Positions 34,420-45,026 of a DNA stretch of 64,000 nucleotides are shown here, piece after piece. The notes under the pieces are model-generated. The model saw only the letters and a list, made by a program, of their open reading frames with translations, searched no databases and was not told the DNA's origin. The DNA is from Candidatus Omnitrophota bacterium. Lineage in GTDB: Bacteria > Omnitrophota > Gorgyraeia > Zapsychrales > Zapsychraceae. The stretch covers positions 117 through 64,116 of the forward strand of contig JANQMA010000024.1 in assembly GCA_028280285.1 (NCBI GenBank), in the 5' to 3' direction. Positions within the stretch are counted from its first letter, which is position 1, and each line of letters opens with the position of its first letter. The position numbers and the translations under genes are program-made.

Positions 34420-37104
34420 ATGAAACTTAAAGCAAAACTTACTATAAGTCACCTTATTGTTGCGGTCCTTTCCGTTGTTATTATTTCTATTATCTTTTCA
34501 TTCCAGATTAAAAAGAATCTATTTGAGGGGGCATTTGAGCGTTTGTCTCATACGGCCGAATTTGAGTATGAGTATATGAATTTGCTTATTGAGCAGAATA
34601 TAGAACGTTTAAAAGGGGTGAGCAGTCGCACACAACTGCGCATTAGTTTAGACAAATTTTTAAAAGAGGGCGATGAGGCGACGCTTAAGAAAGTGGCTAA
34701 GATTTTAGATGACGCGAACAGATCCATTGAGGATTTCGCGTACATTAAAATATGTAGTTTAGACGGCAAGATCATTTATAGTACCAATCAAGACTATAAG
34801 CCCATGAAGCATCTCGCGGATTTTTTGCCTCGCTCAAAAGAAAAAAATCTTCTCGATATTATTATCAATCAAGATGGGGTGCTCAAAACATATTTAGCCG
34901 GCCCTTTAATTTTTAACAATGAGATTATCGGGGGCGTGGTCATTGAATTAAAGAATAATATCACTGATATTTTGACTGCCCATGCCGAAGACGTTGGGAG
35001 GACTGGTGAAATTATTTTAGCCAAGCGTTTTGATGAGAAAAATATTCAAATTATATCCCCACGGCGTTTCAGTAAAAAGAAGAAGTCTAAGCTTTTAGCC
35101 ATTGAAAAAGTGAAAGATAAACCCTTAATGCGGGCATTGCGTGGGCAAGAGGGATTAACGGAAGATGTTGTAGATTATAGAGGTAATCATGTCATGGTGT
35201 ATGCCAGGTACTTTCCCAAACAAGAGTGGGGAATGATTATCAAGATTGATTTAAGCGAAATTTACGCATCGATTACAGATATTATTTTTTATATTTTTAT
35301 TGTATTCTTGGTGATAGTGCTTTTGGCAGTACTCTTGTCTTTTATTGCCTCTAGAAATCTAGCGGATCCTCTTATCCAATTGACCGGCCGGATCAAGAGT
35401 TTGGCGAAAGGGGAGTTTGACCGGAAAGTCCCTGTCACCGGTGATGAAGATGAGGTCACTGATTTGGGTAAGGAATTTAACAATATGTTGGACCAATTGA
35501 AAACTATCACAGCGTCGAGAGATGAGTATGATACGATGAGAAAGAAGGCTGAGACGGCCGCTAAGGCGAAGAGTGATTTTTTAGCGAATATGTCCCATGA
35601 AATCCGCACACCCATGAATGCTATTTTAGGTTTTAGTCATTTGCTTGAAAAAACACCTCTGAGTGAAAAACAGAAAAGTTATATTCATTCTGTTCAAAGC
35701 AGCGGCAAACTTTTGATCGGGATTATTGATGACATATTAGATATTTCTAAACTAGAATCGGGAAAAATAAATTTAGAAATTGTGGATTTTAACCTCGAGG
35801 AGACGATCCATGATGTCTTTCAGATGGTTGTAACAAGAATGAAGGATAATCCATTCGATACCTATGTGGATATTGCAGAAGATGTACCTGCATTTTTAAA
35901 GGGTGATCCAACGCGGATTAAGCAAGTCTTTGTGAATTTATTAGGTAATGCCATTAAATTTACAACCGACGGAGAAATAGGGGTACTGGTTAAAAAGGCC
36001 GGACACCAACCATTCGACGATAAATTAAATCTACATTTTACCGTCAAGGACACGGGTGTGGGGATTGCCAAGGACAAACAAGCTAAAATTTTCGAATCCT
36101 TCTCGCAAGCCGATGAGTCAACCACAAGAAAATTTGGGGGCACTGGTTTAGGGCTGACGATTACAAAGGCATTGGTTGAAGCAATGGGTGGTCAAATTTG
36201 GGTTGAGTCTGAAGTGGATCAAGGGAGTGAGTTTATTTTTACATTGCCGCTCGAAAAGTCTGAAAGCACGATACAGCCATTAGAGTGTCCGGGGATAGTT
36301 AAAGATAAGACAGTATTTATCGTCGATGATAATCAGACTGCGCTCAAAATAATCGAACGGTGTTGTGTGGTATTAGACTTAAAAGTTATTGGAATCAGTG
36401 CTTCTCCACAAGAGGCCTTACATAAGCTGGATAAAATCATCAATACTAAAGGCATTGTGCCCGACATTATCCTTAGTGACATTATTATGGAAGGCATGAG
36501 CGGTTTTCAAATGGTTGCAAAGATCAAGGCCAATGACCGTTTTAACAATACAGTCTTTATTGCGGTGACGGCAGACATTAATGCCGAAACACATTATGAT
36601 CCCAATAATCAATTATTTAACGCCTATGTGATAAAACCGGTTTCGGCTAAGGCCTTGACGAATGCTTTTCGTAGTGTTTTAGGGCCAAGTGTTCAGGGGC
36701 AAATCGATGACACAGAAGATAATGATCTATCCGGTTCATGTAAAGGCATAAAAGTTTTAGTTGTAGAGGATGTTATGACTAATCAGATTCTTATAGAAGA
36801 ATATTTTCATCAATTAGGTTGTGAAGGAAAATTTGCGGAGAATGGCCAACAAGCTATTGATCAATTAAAAGAAAGCACCGATTATAATTTGTGTCTCATG
36901 GATCTGCAAATGCCGGTTATGGGTGGGGTGGAGGCGACAAAAATTATCCGCAAAGAAATCTCCAAAGATTTGCCGATTATTGCGTTAACCGCGGCTGTGC
37001 TGGAAGAAGACAAAGAAAAAGCCGAAGAGTCCGGCATGAACGGGTTTTTAGCCAAACCTATCGATATCGAAAAACTCAAAGATATTATTTTGAAGTACAG
37101 ATAG
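34420..37104 (+). CDS. Hybrid sensor histidine kinase (periplasmic sensor-HAMP-HisKA-HATPase-2xREC)
   Basis: FLANMSHEIRTPMN, NLLGNAIKFT, DTGVGI, GGTGLGL, two receiver domains. Confidence 0.92.
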   Translation: MKLKAKLTISHLIVAVLSVVIISIIFSFQIKKNLFEGAFERLSHTAEFEYEYMNLLIEQNIERLKGVSSRTQLRISLDKFLKEGDEATLKKVAKILDDANRSIEDFAYIKICSLDGKIIYSTNQDYKPMKHLADFLPRSKEKNLLDIIINQDGVLKTYLAGPLIFNNEIIGGVVIELKNNITDILTAHAEDVGRTGEIILAKRFDEKNIQIISPRRFSKKKKSKLLAIEKVKDKPLMRALRGQEGLTEDVVDYRGNHVMVYARYFPKQEWGMIIKIDLSEIYASITDIIFYIFIVFLVIVLLAVLLSFIASRNLADPLIQLTGRIKSLAKGEFDRKVPVTGDEDEVTDLGKEFNNMLDQLKTITASRDEYDTMRKKAETAAKAKSDFLANMSHEIRTPMNAILGFSHLLEKTPLSEKQKSYIHSVQSSGKLLIGIIDDILDISKLESGKINLEIVDFNLEETIHDVFQMVVTRMKDNPFDTYVDIAEDVPAFLKGDPTRIKQVFVNLLGNAIKFTTDGEIGVLVKKAGHQPFDDKLNLHFTVKDTGVGIAKDKQAKIFESFSQADESTTRKFGGTGLGLTITKALVEAMGGQIWVESEVDQGSEFIFTLPLEKSESTIQPLECPGIVKDKTVFIVDDNQTALKIIERCCVVLDLKVIGISASPQEALHKLDKIINTKGIVPDIILSDIIMEGMSGFQMVAKIKANDRFNNTVFIAVTADINAETHYDPNNQLFNAYVIKPVSAKALTNAFRSVLGPSVQGQIDDTEDNDLSGSCKGIKVLVVEDVMTNQILIEEYFHQLGCEGKFAENGQQAIDQLKESTDYNLCLMDLQMPVMGGVEATKIIRKEISKDLPIIALTAAVLEEDKEKAEESGMNGFLAKPIDIEKLKDIILKYR

Positions 37105-37383
37105 TGCCTGTAAACAGCGCCACTTACAAATTAGTACATGATCCGTACATAACCAATCTGGGTTGTTTAATTCCTCCTTTCATTTATGATAAGACTATAA
37201 TGCCTCATCTGTTGAGTGAAGCCGGTAGTGCGGTATTTTTTTTACGAAATTGCTTGTGTTTTAGATTTAAAAAGGAATAATAACTGTATAGGATCATAAA
37301 TTACTGAAAACAAACAAGATAGAAAAAAATCAGTTTCAAAAAGAATAAAGTCACTCTGTTATGTGACCGACGGAGAGTAAGAA

Positions 37384-38154
37384 ATGAGTAATGCGAAGCT
37401 GCTGATTGTTGAGGATGAAGAACTAGTCTTAGAGATAATGTCGCAAAAGGCTGAGGAAAGAAAATACCAGGTTGTTACCGCAACAAATGGTGAAGAAGCA
37501 TGGCAGAAAATTCAAAGTGATCATCCGGCCGTCATTATTATGGATCTTGAGATTCCCGAAATCGATGGAATAAGCCTTTTAGAAAAATTAAAACAGGAAT
37601 ATCCACACAGCATCCCTCCTCGCGTCATTGTTGTCTCCGGTCACGATGCAGAGACTTTTAAACATAAAACAAATTCTTTAGAAGTTGATTGTTATCTTCA
37701 AAAACCGTGTGACCTCGATGTTATATTTGAAGCCGTCGAGTCGTCTTCTTATCAGAAACAAAAAGACTTTCATATATCCAACCGCGAGGCGACCAAAGTA
37801 TTAATTATTGACGATGATCATGGTGATCAGTTTTTAATCAAGGAAGTTCTTCAGAGAGAAGGCTTCCGCAACCTTTCTTTGGCTTCAAATGGAGAGGAAG
37901 GAATTGAAAAGATAAGACGCGAGAGACCGGATATTGCAATTGTTGATACCATTTTACCTGATATAAGCGGTTTGGAGCTTTGCCAGAGTGTTAAAAATTT
38001 ATCTGATACAAAAACAATTGTTATTGTCATTACAGGAGATGTTGACGCGGTCGATATCAAAGGTGTTAATGCAGCAGGAGGGTTTGACTCCGTTGTCAAA
38101 ACACCTGACTACGGCCTTTTGGTCGAAGCTATGAAAAAAATTCAACTAGGGTAG
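37384..38154 (+). CDS. Tandem receiver-domain response regulator
   Basis: LLIVEDE...IIMDLEIP...KP; VLIIDDD...IVDTILPD. Confidence 0.85.
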   Translation: MSNAKLLIVEDEELVLEIMSQKAEERKYQVVTATNGEEAWQKIQSDHPAVIIMDLEIPEIDGISLLEKLKQEYPHSIPPRVIVVSGHDAETFKHKTNSLEVDCYLQKPCDLDVIFEAVESSSYQKQKDFHISNREATKVLIIDDDHGDQFLIKEVLQREGFRNLSLASNGEEGIEKIRRERPDIAIVDTILPDISGLELCQSVKNLSDTKTIVIVITGDVDAVDIKGVNAAGGFDSVVKTPDYGLLVEAMKKIQLG

Positions 38155-38184
38155 GAGACATATTAGCTTGACCATTTTTCTTTT

Positions 38185-39273
38185 ATGAAAAATGTAGACT
38201 TCCATACCGATCCGCGGCTTTTTGAGCATGCCGTGGAATCTGCTCCCAATGCCATGATCATGGTTGATGCTGAAGGCATCATCATCCTTATCAATAAACA
38301 AACAGAAAATTTATTCGGTTACACACGCAACGAACTTATTTCAGAGCGTGTTGATAAGCTTGTCCCTGTGCAATTTCGTGACAAGCATCCGCAACACCGT
38401 GATAATTTTTTGCATAATCCCGCAACGCGGTCTATGGGGGCCGGCAGGGATTTGTATGGATTAAGGAAAGATGGTACGGAGGTGCCGATTGAGATCGGGC
38501 TTAGTCCGGTTAAAACAGAAGATGGATTTTTTGTTTTGGCGTCTATTGTTGATATTACGGAACGTAAAAAAGCTGAAGAAGAGATTATCAGATCCAATCA
38601 GGAGCTTGAACAATTTGCCTACGTTGCCTCGCATGACTTGCTCGAACCTGTCCGCAAAATCGTTGGCTTTACACAGCTTTTTGCCAAATCTTTTGATGCG
38701 CCTATTGAAGGCAAGTCAGAAGAATATATGGATTATGTTATTGATGGAGCCAAAAGGATGCAGGTCTTAATCGAAGATTTATTGCAATATTCCCGGGCAG
38801 GAACAACAGAATTGGATTTTCAAGATGTTGATCTGAATGTTGTTTTACAGGAGGTCGAAGAGAACCTTGAGTTGAGTATTAAAGAAACCAATGCTGAAAT
38901 TCGGTACAACAAGCTACCGGTGATTAAAGCCCATAAAAGTTTTATGGTCCGGTTGTTTCAAAATCTGATTAATAATTCACTCAAATACCGTTCGGATGCA
39001 GCGCCGCATATTGAAATTTATGCTAATCAAAAGACAAGGGAGTGGGAGTTTGTTGTGGCTGATAATGGGTTGGGTATTGACCCGGAGCACGCGCAGCGTA
39101 TTTTTATCATTTTTCAGCGTCTGCACGGTAAAAGCGAATATTCAGGGACAGGCATTGGACTGGCCGTGTGCCGAAGAATGGTGGAGCGGCATAATGGTAA
39201 AATGTGGCTGGATACATCAAGTGATCGACACGGCTCAACATTTAAATTTACAATACCTTTTGAAATAGTTTGA
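38185..39273 (+). CDS. PAS sensor histidine kinase (Cph1-type kinase core)
   Basis: FixL-like PAS (LVP..FRDKH..HR..F...RSMGAGRDLYGLRKDG); LEQFAYVASHDL.EP, IFQRLH...GTGIGLA. Confidence 0.9.
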   Translation: MKNVDFHTDPRLFEHAVESAPNAMIMVDAEGIIILINKQTENLFGYTRNELISERVDKLVPVQFRDKHPQHRDNFLHNPATRSMGAGRDLYGLRKDGTEVPIEIGLSPVKTEDGFFVLASIVDITERKKAEEEIIRSNQELEQFAYVASHDLLEPVRKIVGFTQLFAKSFDAPIEGKSEEYMDYVIDGAKRMQVLIEDLLQYSRAGTTELDFQDVDLNVVLQEVEENLELSIKETNAEIRYNKLPVIKAHKSFMVRLFQNLINNSLKYRSDAAPHIEIYANQKTREWEFVVADNGLGIDPEHAQRIFIIFQRLHGKSEYSGTGIGLAVCRRMVERHNGKMWLDTSSDRHGSTFKFTIPFEIV

Positions 39274-39302
39274 AAAGTGAAAAAGTAAAGGAGAGATAAA
39301 TA

Positions 39303-39746
39303 ATGGCTACTGGAAATCCGGTTGAAATTTTGCTCGTTGATGATGATGCGGGTGATGTTGAGATGACACGCGAATCGCTTAAGAATTCAAAATTACATGT
39401 GCATTTGAGTCATGTTTCCGATGGGCAGGAATGTATGGAGTATTTAAGACGGACGGGGAAATATGAAGAAGCGAGAAAGCCGGATATGGTCTTACTTGAT
39501 CTCAACATGCCCCGTAAAGATGGCCGACAGGTATTGGAAGAAATGAAAAAAGATCAATATTTAAAAAAAATCCCGACTGTTATTTTGACAACATCCGGAG
39601 CCGAGGCCGATGTTAATCAAACGTATGACCTGGGGGCTAATTGTTACATTAAAAAGCCTATTGATTTTGAACAATTTAAAAAAGTGGTTAATGAGATTGC
39701 TGATTTTTGGTTTACGGTTGTTAAACTGCCAAACGGCGATAACTAA
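39303..39746 (+). CDS. Rcp1-like single-domain response regulator
   Basis: PDMVLLDLNMPRKDG...LTTS...YDLGANCYI.KP...FWF..VKLP. Confidence 0.9.
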   Translation: MATGNPVEILLVDDDAGDVEMTRESLKNSKLHVHLSHVSDGQECMEYLRRTGKYEEARKPDMVLLDLNMPRKDGRQVLEEMKKDQYLKKIPTVILTTSGAEADVNQTYDLGANCYIKKPIDFEQFKKVVNEIADFWFTVVKLPNGDN

Positions 39747-39758
39747 GTACAATACATT

Positions 39759-41165
39759 ATGGAAACATTACTCTTAGAAGATGACCTTGGTGATGTGGCA
39801 TTACTTCAAGCTGCTTTAAATGAAGTGAATGATCAGATGGATAATCATATCACCCATGTTGAGCGGCTTAAGCAGGCGCTTGAGAAACTGAGCATCAAAC
39901 GTTTTGATGTGGCCCTGGTTGATCTTTCTGTTCCGGATAGCCACGGGATGAATACGGTCAAGACATTAATCGCCGAAGCGCCATCTTTACCGGTGGTTGT
40001 TTTAACGGGTAATGCGGATGAATCACTCGGCATTGAGGCGGTTAACTTAGGCGCTCAGGATTTTTTAACAAAAAATCAATTAGATGGAACAATGCTTTCC
40101 CGGACATTACGTTATGCGATTGAACGGAAAAAAATGGTCGAGCGGCTTAAAGAATCGAAGGACCAACTGCACATCGAAAAGGTTAAACTGGAAGAGATCC
40201 TGGATATCGAGCAAGGACTAAACGGCATTGTTCATTTGGATAAACTTATTAATTTTGTTGTTAAAAAGACTAGTGAAGTCCTTAACGCGAATAAATGTTC
40301 ACTGATTTTTATTAATGAGGCAACAAAAGAATTGGTCATTAAAGGTTCTATAGGTTTGGAACAACAGGTAGTCAACAATAATACTTTAAATATGCAAGAT
40401 TCGATCACAGGTCTTGTGGTCGAAGAGGGGCTTCCGGTTCTTGTGGCGGATATAGAGACTGATTTGCGTTTTTTAAGAAAAAATAGACGTTCTTACAGTG
40501 GTAAATCATTTATGAGTGTGCCGATCAAATTAGGCGACGATATTCTGGGCGTTTTGAATGTCGCTGATAACAATTTGGAAGAAGTAAACGTTTTTACGAA
40601 AGTTGATTTAAAAGTGCTTATTATGATTGCCCGTCAGGTGGCGGTGGCCATGGAAAACGCTAAGCTTTATAAGGAGCTCAATTATTTGACGATCACTGAT
40701 CCTTTGACGGATATGTATAATTTTCGTCATTTTTCTAAAACACTTGATCAAGAGATTCACCGCTTACGACGTCATGGACGGCCATTGTGTCTGTTACTTA
40801 TCGATGTGGATGATTTTAAAACTTATAATGATACATATGGGCATTTATCGGGGGATGCCTTGCTGCAAAATTTAAGCAGGGTTTTTAAAGAGAATACACG
40901 CCAGATCGATATTGCCTGCCGCTATGCCGGAGATGAATTTGTGGTGATATTACCGGAGACCAATGTGGCCCAGGCCAAGATTGTTGCTCAGAAAATTAAA
41001 CGCAAAGTAGAAGAGCTTAAACTCAAAAGGAAGGTAACGCTGAGTATCGGTATTGCGGGTTGCACCAAAGAAATGGACCGCCATGCCCTGGTTCAAAAGG
41101 CGGATGAAGCTTTATATGAGGCCAAAAAGATCGGCAAAAACAGAGTCCATGCTTCCGAAAATTAA
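39759..41165 (+). CDS. REC-GAF-GGDEF diguanylate cyclase
   Basis: N-term REC, GAF, TDPLT...DVDDFK.YND.YGH..GD...RYAGDEF. Confidence 0.9.
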   Translation: METLLLEDDLGDVALLQAALNEVNDQMDNHITHVERLKQALEKLSIKRFDVALVDLSVPDSHGMNTVKTLIAEAPSLPVVVLTGNADESLGIEAVNLGAQDFLTKNQLDGTMLSRTLRYAIERKKMVERLKESKDQLHIEKVKLEEILDIEQGLNGIVHLDKLINFVVKKTSEVLNANKCSLIFINEATKELVIKGSIGLEQQVVNNNTLNMQDSITGLVVEEGLPVLVADIETDLRFLRKNRRSYSGKSFMSVPIKLGDDILGVLNVADNNLEEVNVFTKVDLKVLIMIARQVAVAMENAKLYKELNYLTITDPLTDMYNFRHFSKTLDQEIHRLRRHGRPLCLLLIDVDDFKTYNDTYGHLSGDALLQNLSRVFKENTRQIDIACRYAGDEFVVILPETNVAQAKIVAQKIKRKVEELKLKRKVTLSIGIAGCTKEMDRHALVQKADEALYEAKKIGKNRVHASEN

Positions 41166-41190
41166 GGAAGAAAAATTTTTTAAAAAATAC

Positions 41191-41206
41191 TTGACCGATC
41201 GGTCAA
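41191..41206. promoter_or_regulatory. TetR operator 1 (overlaps -35 of tetR)
   Basis: Perfect palindrome TTGACCGATCGGTCAA; -10 TATTCT at 41214-41219. Confidence 0.8.
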
Positions 41207-41225
41207 ATGGTGTTATTCTAAAACC

Positions 41226-41837
41226 ATGATGAAAGATTGCCAAACAAAATACAGGATCATGGAAACGGCGATAGAGCTCATTTGGCAAAGCAGCTACGAC
41301 GGGGTAGGCGTCAGTGATATCTGCAAAAAGGCCAAGGTTAATAAGGGAAGCTTTTACCACTTTTTCCCTTCCAAAGAGGTCCTGGCGATTGAGGCGATGG
41401 AGGAACACTGGAAATGCGTCCAGCCCATGTTGGACCAGGTTTTCTCACCGCAGAAAGATCCGGTTGAGCGGCTGATGGATTATTGCGATCATAGCCTGCA
41501 AAAGCAGATAGAAAAAAAGGAAGAGCTTGGCTATGTCTGCGGCTGCCCATTTACCACAGTCGGCATGGAAAAATGCGGGCAAAGCGAAGCGATCCGGCAA
41601 ACCGTTGAGAAGCTGTTCGGACAGATGAAGAAATACTTTGCCAGCGCGATTAAAGATGCGGCGGATGAAGGGATGATCAGCGTTAAAAGTGTTCCCAAAA
41701 AAACGAATGAACTCTATACCTTTTACTTGGGGGCCTTAACCCAGGCCAGGATAACCAATGATTTACAGATTGTGTCGAATTTAAAACAAGAATTTAAGGA
41801 TTTACTCGGTATTACCAAAGAAACAGCAAAGGCATAA
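41226..41837 (+). CDS. TetR/AcrR regulator (NemR/ComR-like)
   Basis: GVSDICKKAKVNKGSFYHFFPSKE, GCP motif. Confidence 0.9.
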   Translation: MMKDCQTKYRIMETAIELIWQSSYDGVGVSDICKKAKVNKGSFYHFFPSKEVLAIEAMEEHWKCVQPMLDQVFSPQKDPVERLMDYCDHSLQKQIEKKEELGYVCGCPFTTVGMEKCGQSEAIRQTVEKLFGQMKKYFASAIKDAADEGMISVKSVPKKTNELYTFYLGALTQARITNDLQIVSNLKQEFKDLLGITKETAKA

Positions 41838-41855
41838 ATTTTTTTAACCAAAAAT

Positions 41856-41871
41856 TTGACCGATCGGTCAA
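41856..41871. promoter_or_regulatory. TetR operator 2
   Basis: Identical palindrome TTGACCGATCGGTCAA just downstream of tetR. Confidence 0.8.
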
Positions 41872-41892
41872 TAAAAATCAAGGAGAAGAGCA

Positions 41893-42135
41893 ATGAATAC
41901 ACAAACATTAAACCAAACACAGCTAAACGAAACACAAACAGCCGGCTTTGATTTAACCACTTTGAAAATAACAGCCTTGCAATACCTGAAAGAGGTCAGC
42001 GAAAAAGAAGACTATGAGAAAATGGGCGAAATTGTTAAATATGCCCGTGAATTCGGGGCCAAGGATTATGAAATCCTAATAAGCACCATGAGTGCGTTTG
42101 ACCCTGAATATATTAAGGGAGAATACAGACGATGA
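41893..42135 (+). CDS. Small hypothetical protein
   Basis: AGGAG RBS; 80 aa. Confidence 0.6.
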   Translation: MNTQTLNQTQLNETQTAGFDLTTLKITALQYLKEVSEKEDYEKMGEIVKYAREFGAKDYEILISTMSAFDPEYIKGEYRR

Positions 42136-42398
42136 AAAATATAAAGCGGTTTTTAATTGTTATATTCATATTGGCAACAGCTGCGGCTTCCAACAGTTTT
42201 GCCATGATGCAGGATGTGACATTTAAGGGAGATGCCAATGTAAACCGGTTCATTGTTGAGCTTTTGCGTGAACAACGCCTGAGCGAAAATAAAAAACAAA
42301 CGAAGCAAACGAAACAAAAGAAGAAATTGATTTTAAATCATCAGCTTGTTCAAGACAGTAAGGAGGTTAATCATGAACGCACTCATACAAACAGTTAA
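42132..42398 (+). CDS. Small secreted hypothetical protein
   Basis: Signal peptide (MKNIKRFLIVIFILATAAASNSFA); ATGA overlap with the upstream gene. Confidence 0.55.
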   Translation: MKNIKRFLIVIFILATAAASNSFAMMQDVTFKGDANVNRFIVELLREQRLSENKKQTKQTKQKKKLILNHQLVQDSKEVNHERTHTNS

Positions 42399-42705
42399 TC
42401 ATAATAATTTTAATACAGACGTAAAAGAATCAAACATTCCGGTCCTTGTCGATTTCTGGGCTGAGTGGTGCGCTCCTTGCCGTGCTCAGAATCCTATATT
42501 GGAAGAGCTGGCCGATGAACTGCAAGGAAAGCTAACGGTTGCCAAAGTGAATGTGGATGACAATCAACAATTAGCCGAACAGCACGATATCACAAGTATT
42601 CCAACGATGTCTGTGTTTCAAGGAGGCGAAGTTGTGCACCGGTTCGTCGGTGTTCAATCAAAGGATCAGTTATTATCGGCTTTTAATGAGCTTAACTTAA
42701 TTTAA
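42373..42705 (+). CDS. trxA: Thioredoxin
   Basis: VLVDFWAEWCAPC...SIPT; AGGAGG RBS. Confidence 0.9.
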   Translation: MNALIQTVNHNNFNTDVKESNIPVLVDFWAEWCAPCRAQNPILEELADELQGKLTVAKVNVDDNQQLAEQHDITSIPTMSVFQGGEVVHRFVGVQSKDQLLSAFNELNLI

Positions 42706-42719
42706 TAGAGAAGAGGTAC

Positions 42720-43754
42720 ATGATGCAAAGAATACACAAGTTTCTATCCGATATTGATAAAAAAATAAAACAAGAAGATCAACTGAATAGCACTAAAGAA
42801 AAAACAGCAAACGAAGATAATAATCTTTTGGATGCGTATTCAAAAGCTGTGGTTGATGTGGTTGATAAGATCGGTCCGGCCGTTGTCAGTATTAATGTAG
42901 GCTGGCGTATTGAAGAACACGGCATGCAGCGCGGTGGTGCCGGTTCAGGCGTTATCTTCGCGCCGGACGGCTATATCTTAACCAACAGTCATGTGGTCCA
43001 TAATGCGACGCAGCTGTCCGTTGTCCTTAATAATGGCAAAACATATGAAGCCGAATTAGTCGGTGATGATCCGGCGACAGACTTGGCGGTCATTCGTGTG
43101 CAGGCCAATAATTTGCCGTTTGCGCGCATCGGGGATTCCGATTCCTTGCGGGTTGGACAGCTGGCGATTGCTATCGGAAACCCTTTAGGTTTTCAATCAA
43201 CGGTTTCAACCGGGGTTGTCAGCGCGACAGGCCGTCACTTAAGATCACAGCAAGGCCGGCTGATCGAAAATATTGTCCAGCATACGGCTCCGCTTAATCC
43301 GGGTAATTCCGGCGGGCCTTTGGTTGATTCCAAGGGGCAGGTGATCGGGATCAATGTGGCGATCATTCATATGGCGCAGGGTTTGAGTTTTGCCATTCCG
43401 GCCAACACGGCGAAATGGGTTGTTTCGCAGATTCTTTTGCACGGCCGTGTCAAACGCGGTTATTTAGGGATCGCCGGCCGGAAAGTTCCGGTGGATCAAC
43501 GTTTAAATCAATTCTACACATTGGAAAATAAATCTGCCGTCCATATCGAACATGTGGAAGGCAATTCACCGGCGGACCGGATCGGTTTAAGGGAATACGA
43601 CTTAATCGTTGCGGCTGAGGGCGAGGCCATCAATGACGTCGATGATCTTCATCGATTTCTGTCGCAATGGCCGCTCGGCAGACCGTTCACACTGACAATT
43701 ATCAGAAACGATGAGTTGCATGATGCCGATATTGTCCCGGTTGAGGCTTTATAG
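42720..43754 (+). CDS. HtrA/DegP-like trypsin serine protease with PDZ domain
   Basis: GSGVI, LTNSHVV, TDLAV, LNPGNSGGPL, C-term PDZ; no obvious signal peptide. Confidence 0.9.
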   Translation: MMQRIHKFLSDIDKKIKQEDQLNSTKEKTANEDNNLLDAYSKAVVDVVDKIGPAVVSINVGWRIEEHGMQRGGAGSGVIFAPDGYILTNSHVVHNATQLSVVLNNGKTYEAELVGDDPATDLAVIRVQANNLPFARIGDSDSLRVGQLAIAIGNPLGFQSTVSTGVVSATGRHLRSQQGRLIENIVQHTAPLNPGNSGGPLVDSKGQVIGINVAIIHMAQGLSFAIPANTAKWVVSQILLHGRVKRGYLGIAGRKVPVDQRLNQFYTLENKSAVHIEHVEGNSPADRIGLREYDLIVAAEGEAINDVDDLHRFLSQWPLGRPFTLTIIRNDELHDADIVPVEAL

Positions 43755-43847
43755 GAGCAGGGGATTATTTACTAGTATAAATACTAATATCTTTCTATAA
43801 TAGGCGCCGTTGTGAAAATATTAATACAGTTAAACTGAGGTCAACTT

Positions 43848-45011
43848 ATGAGAGTAGAAATGATTAATCAAACCAGGTATTGGGCTTTGGCCCTTTTTTT
43901 AATATTAACCGTTATTGGCTGCGGTGAAAAAGAAGAACAAATGGCTATGCCACCGCTTCAAGTGCCTGTGTCTCATCCTGTACAGAAGAAGATTATCGAA
44001 TGGGATGAATACACCGGCCGGTTTCAAGCGACCGAACGGGTTGAGGTTCGTGCACGTGTAAGCGGGTATATTGATCAGGTGAATTTCGAAGACGGACAAA
44101 TGGTCGAAAAAGGAGATGTCCTTTTTATCATTGATCAACGTCCGTTTCAAATCGCGCACGATCAAGCCAATGCCGAGCTTAAACAAACCCAAGCCGAATT
44201 AAAACAAGCACAGAATGATTTTGAAAGATCCAAGCGTTTAAGAGAAAAGCTGGCCGTGTCCGAAGAAGAATTTGATCAAAGGCGACAAACTATGCGTGCG
44301 GTCACCGCGCGTGTCGAATCAGCGCAGGCAGCGGTTAATCAAGCCAAACTCAATCTTGAGTTTACAGAAGTAAAGTCACCTATCAACGGACGTGTCAGTC
44401 GTGATCTTGTTACACCCGGTAACTTAATCAGTGGTGGTGCATCGGATGCGACACTTTTAACGACGGTTGTTTCGTTAAGCCCGATTCATTTTTATTTCGA
44501 AGCCAGTGAAGCAGAACTGCTTAAATATATTCGTCTTGATAAAAGTGGTCAGCGAACCGCTTCACGTGAAGTGGCTAATCCTGTTTTTGTTAAGCTCCTT
44601 GATGAAGAAGGGTATGTGCATGAAGGAAAAATGGACTTTGTCGACAATGAAGTCGATTTAGGGACAGGGACCATGCAGGGACGAGCCATCTTTAGAAATG
44701 AAGACAGAGTTATTGAGCCCGGCATGTTTGGTCGTGCACGTCTGCTTGGTAGCGGCGAGTATGAAGCAATTCTCATTCCTGATGCCATTATCGGAACAGA
44801 TCAGTCTAATAAATTTGTTTATGTGGTTGGGAAGGACAATGCCGTTGAGCCGCGTATGGTCAAATTAGGACCATTACATGATGATAACTTACGCATTGTC
44901 CGCGAAGGTATCGGTGCCGAAGACCGGATAGTTTTTGGCAATATTCAAAAGGTCAGGCCTGGCGCGGTTGTTGAACCGGTTGCCCCTGAAACGATAGAAG
45001 AGACACCTTAA
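43848..45011 (+). CDS. RND efflux periplasmic adaptor (MFP) lipoprotein
   Basis: Lipobox VIGC; VEVRARVSG, GQMVEKGD.LF.ID, KSPINGRV. Confidence 0.92.
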   Translation: MRVEMINQTRYWALALFLILTVIGCGEKEEQMAMPPLQVPVSHPVQKKIIEWDEYTGRFQATERVEVRARVSGYIDQVNFEDGQMVEKGDVLFIIDQRPFQIAHDQANAELKQTQAELKQAQNDFERSKRLREKLAVSEEEFDQRRQTMRAVTARVESAQAAVNQAKLNLEFTEVKSPINGRVSRDLVTPGNLISGGASDATLLTTVVSLSPIHFYFEASEAELLKYIRLDKSGQRTASREVANPVFVKLLDEEGYVHEGKMDFVDNEVDLGTGTMQGRAIFRNEDRVIEPGMFGRARLLGSGEYEAILIPDAIIGTDQSNKFVYVVGKDNAVEPRMVKLGPLHDDNLRIVREGIGAEDRIVFGNIQKVRPGAVVEPVAPETIEETP

Positions 45012-45026
45012 GGAAAATAGACAGCT

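Noticed and set aside
37348-37382. Glutamine (glnA) riboswitch-like GACGGAGAGTA
   Set aside because: The 5' CGTT partner and exact core are missing; more simply a small hairpin plus RBS.
40920-40941. AGDEF instead of GGDEF as a sign of an inactive cyclase
   Set aside because: First-position variants can remain active and the other catalytic residues are present; not notable.
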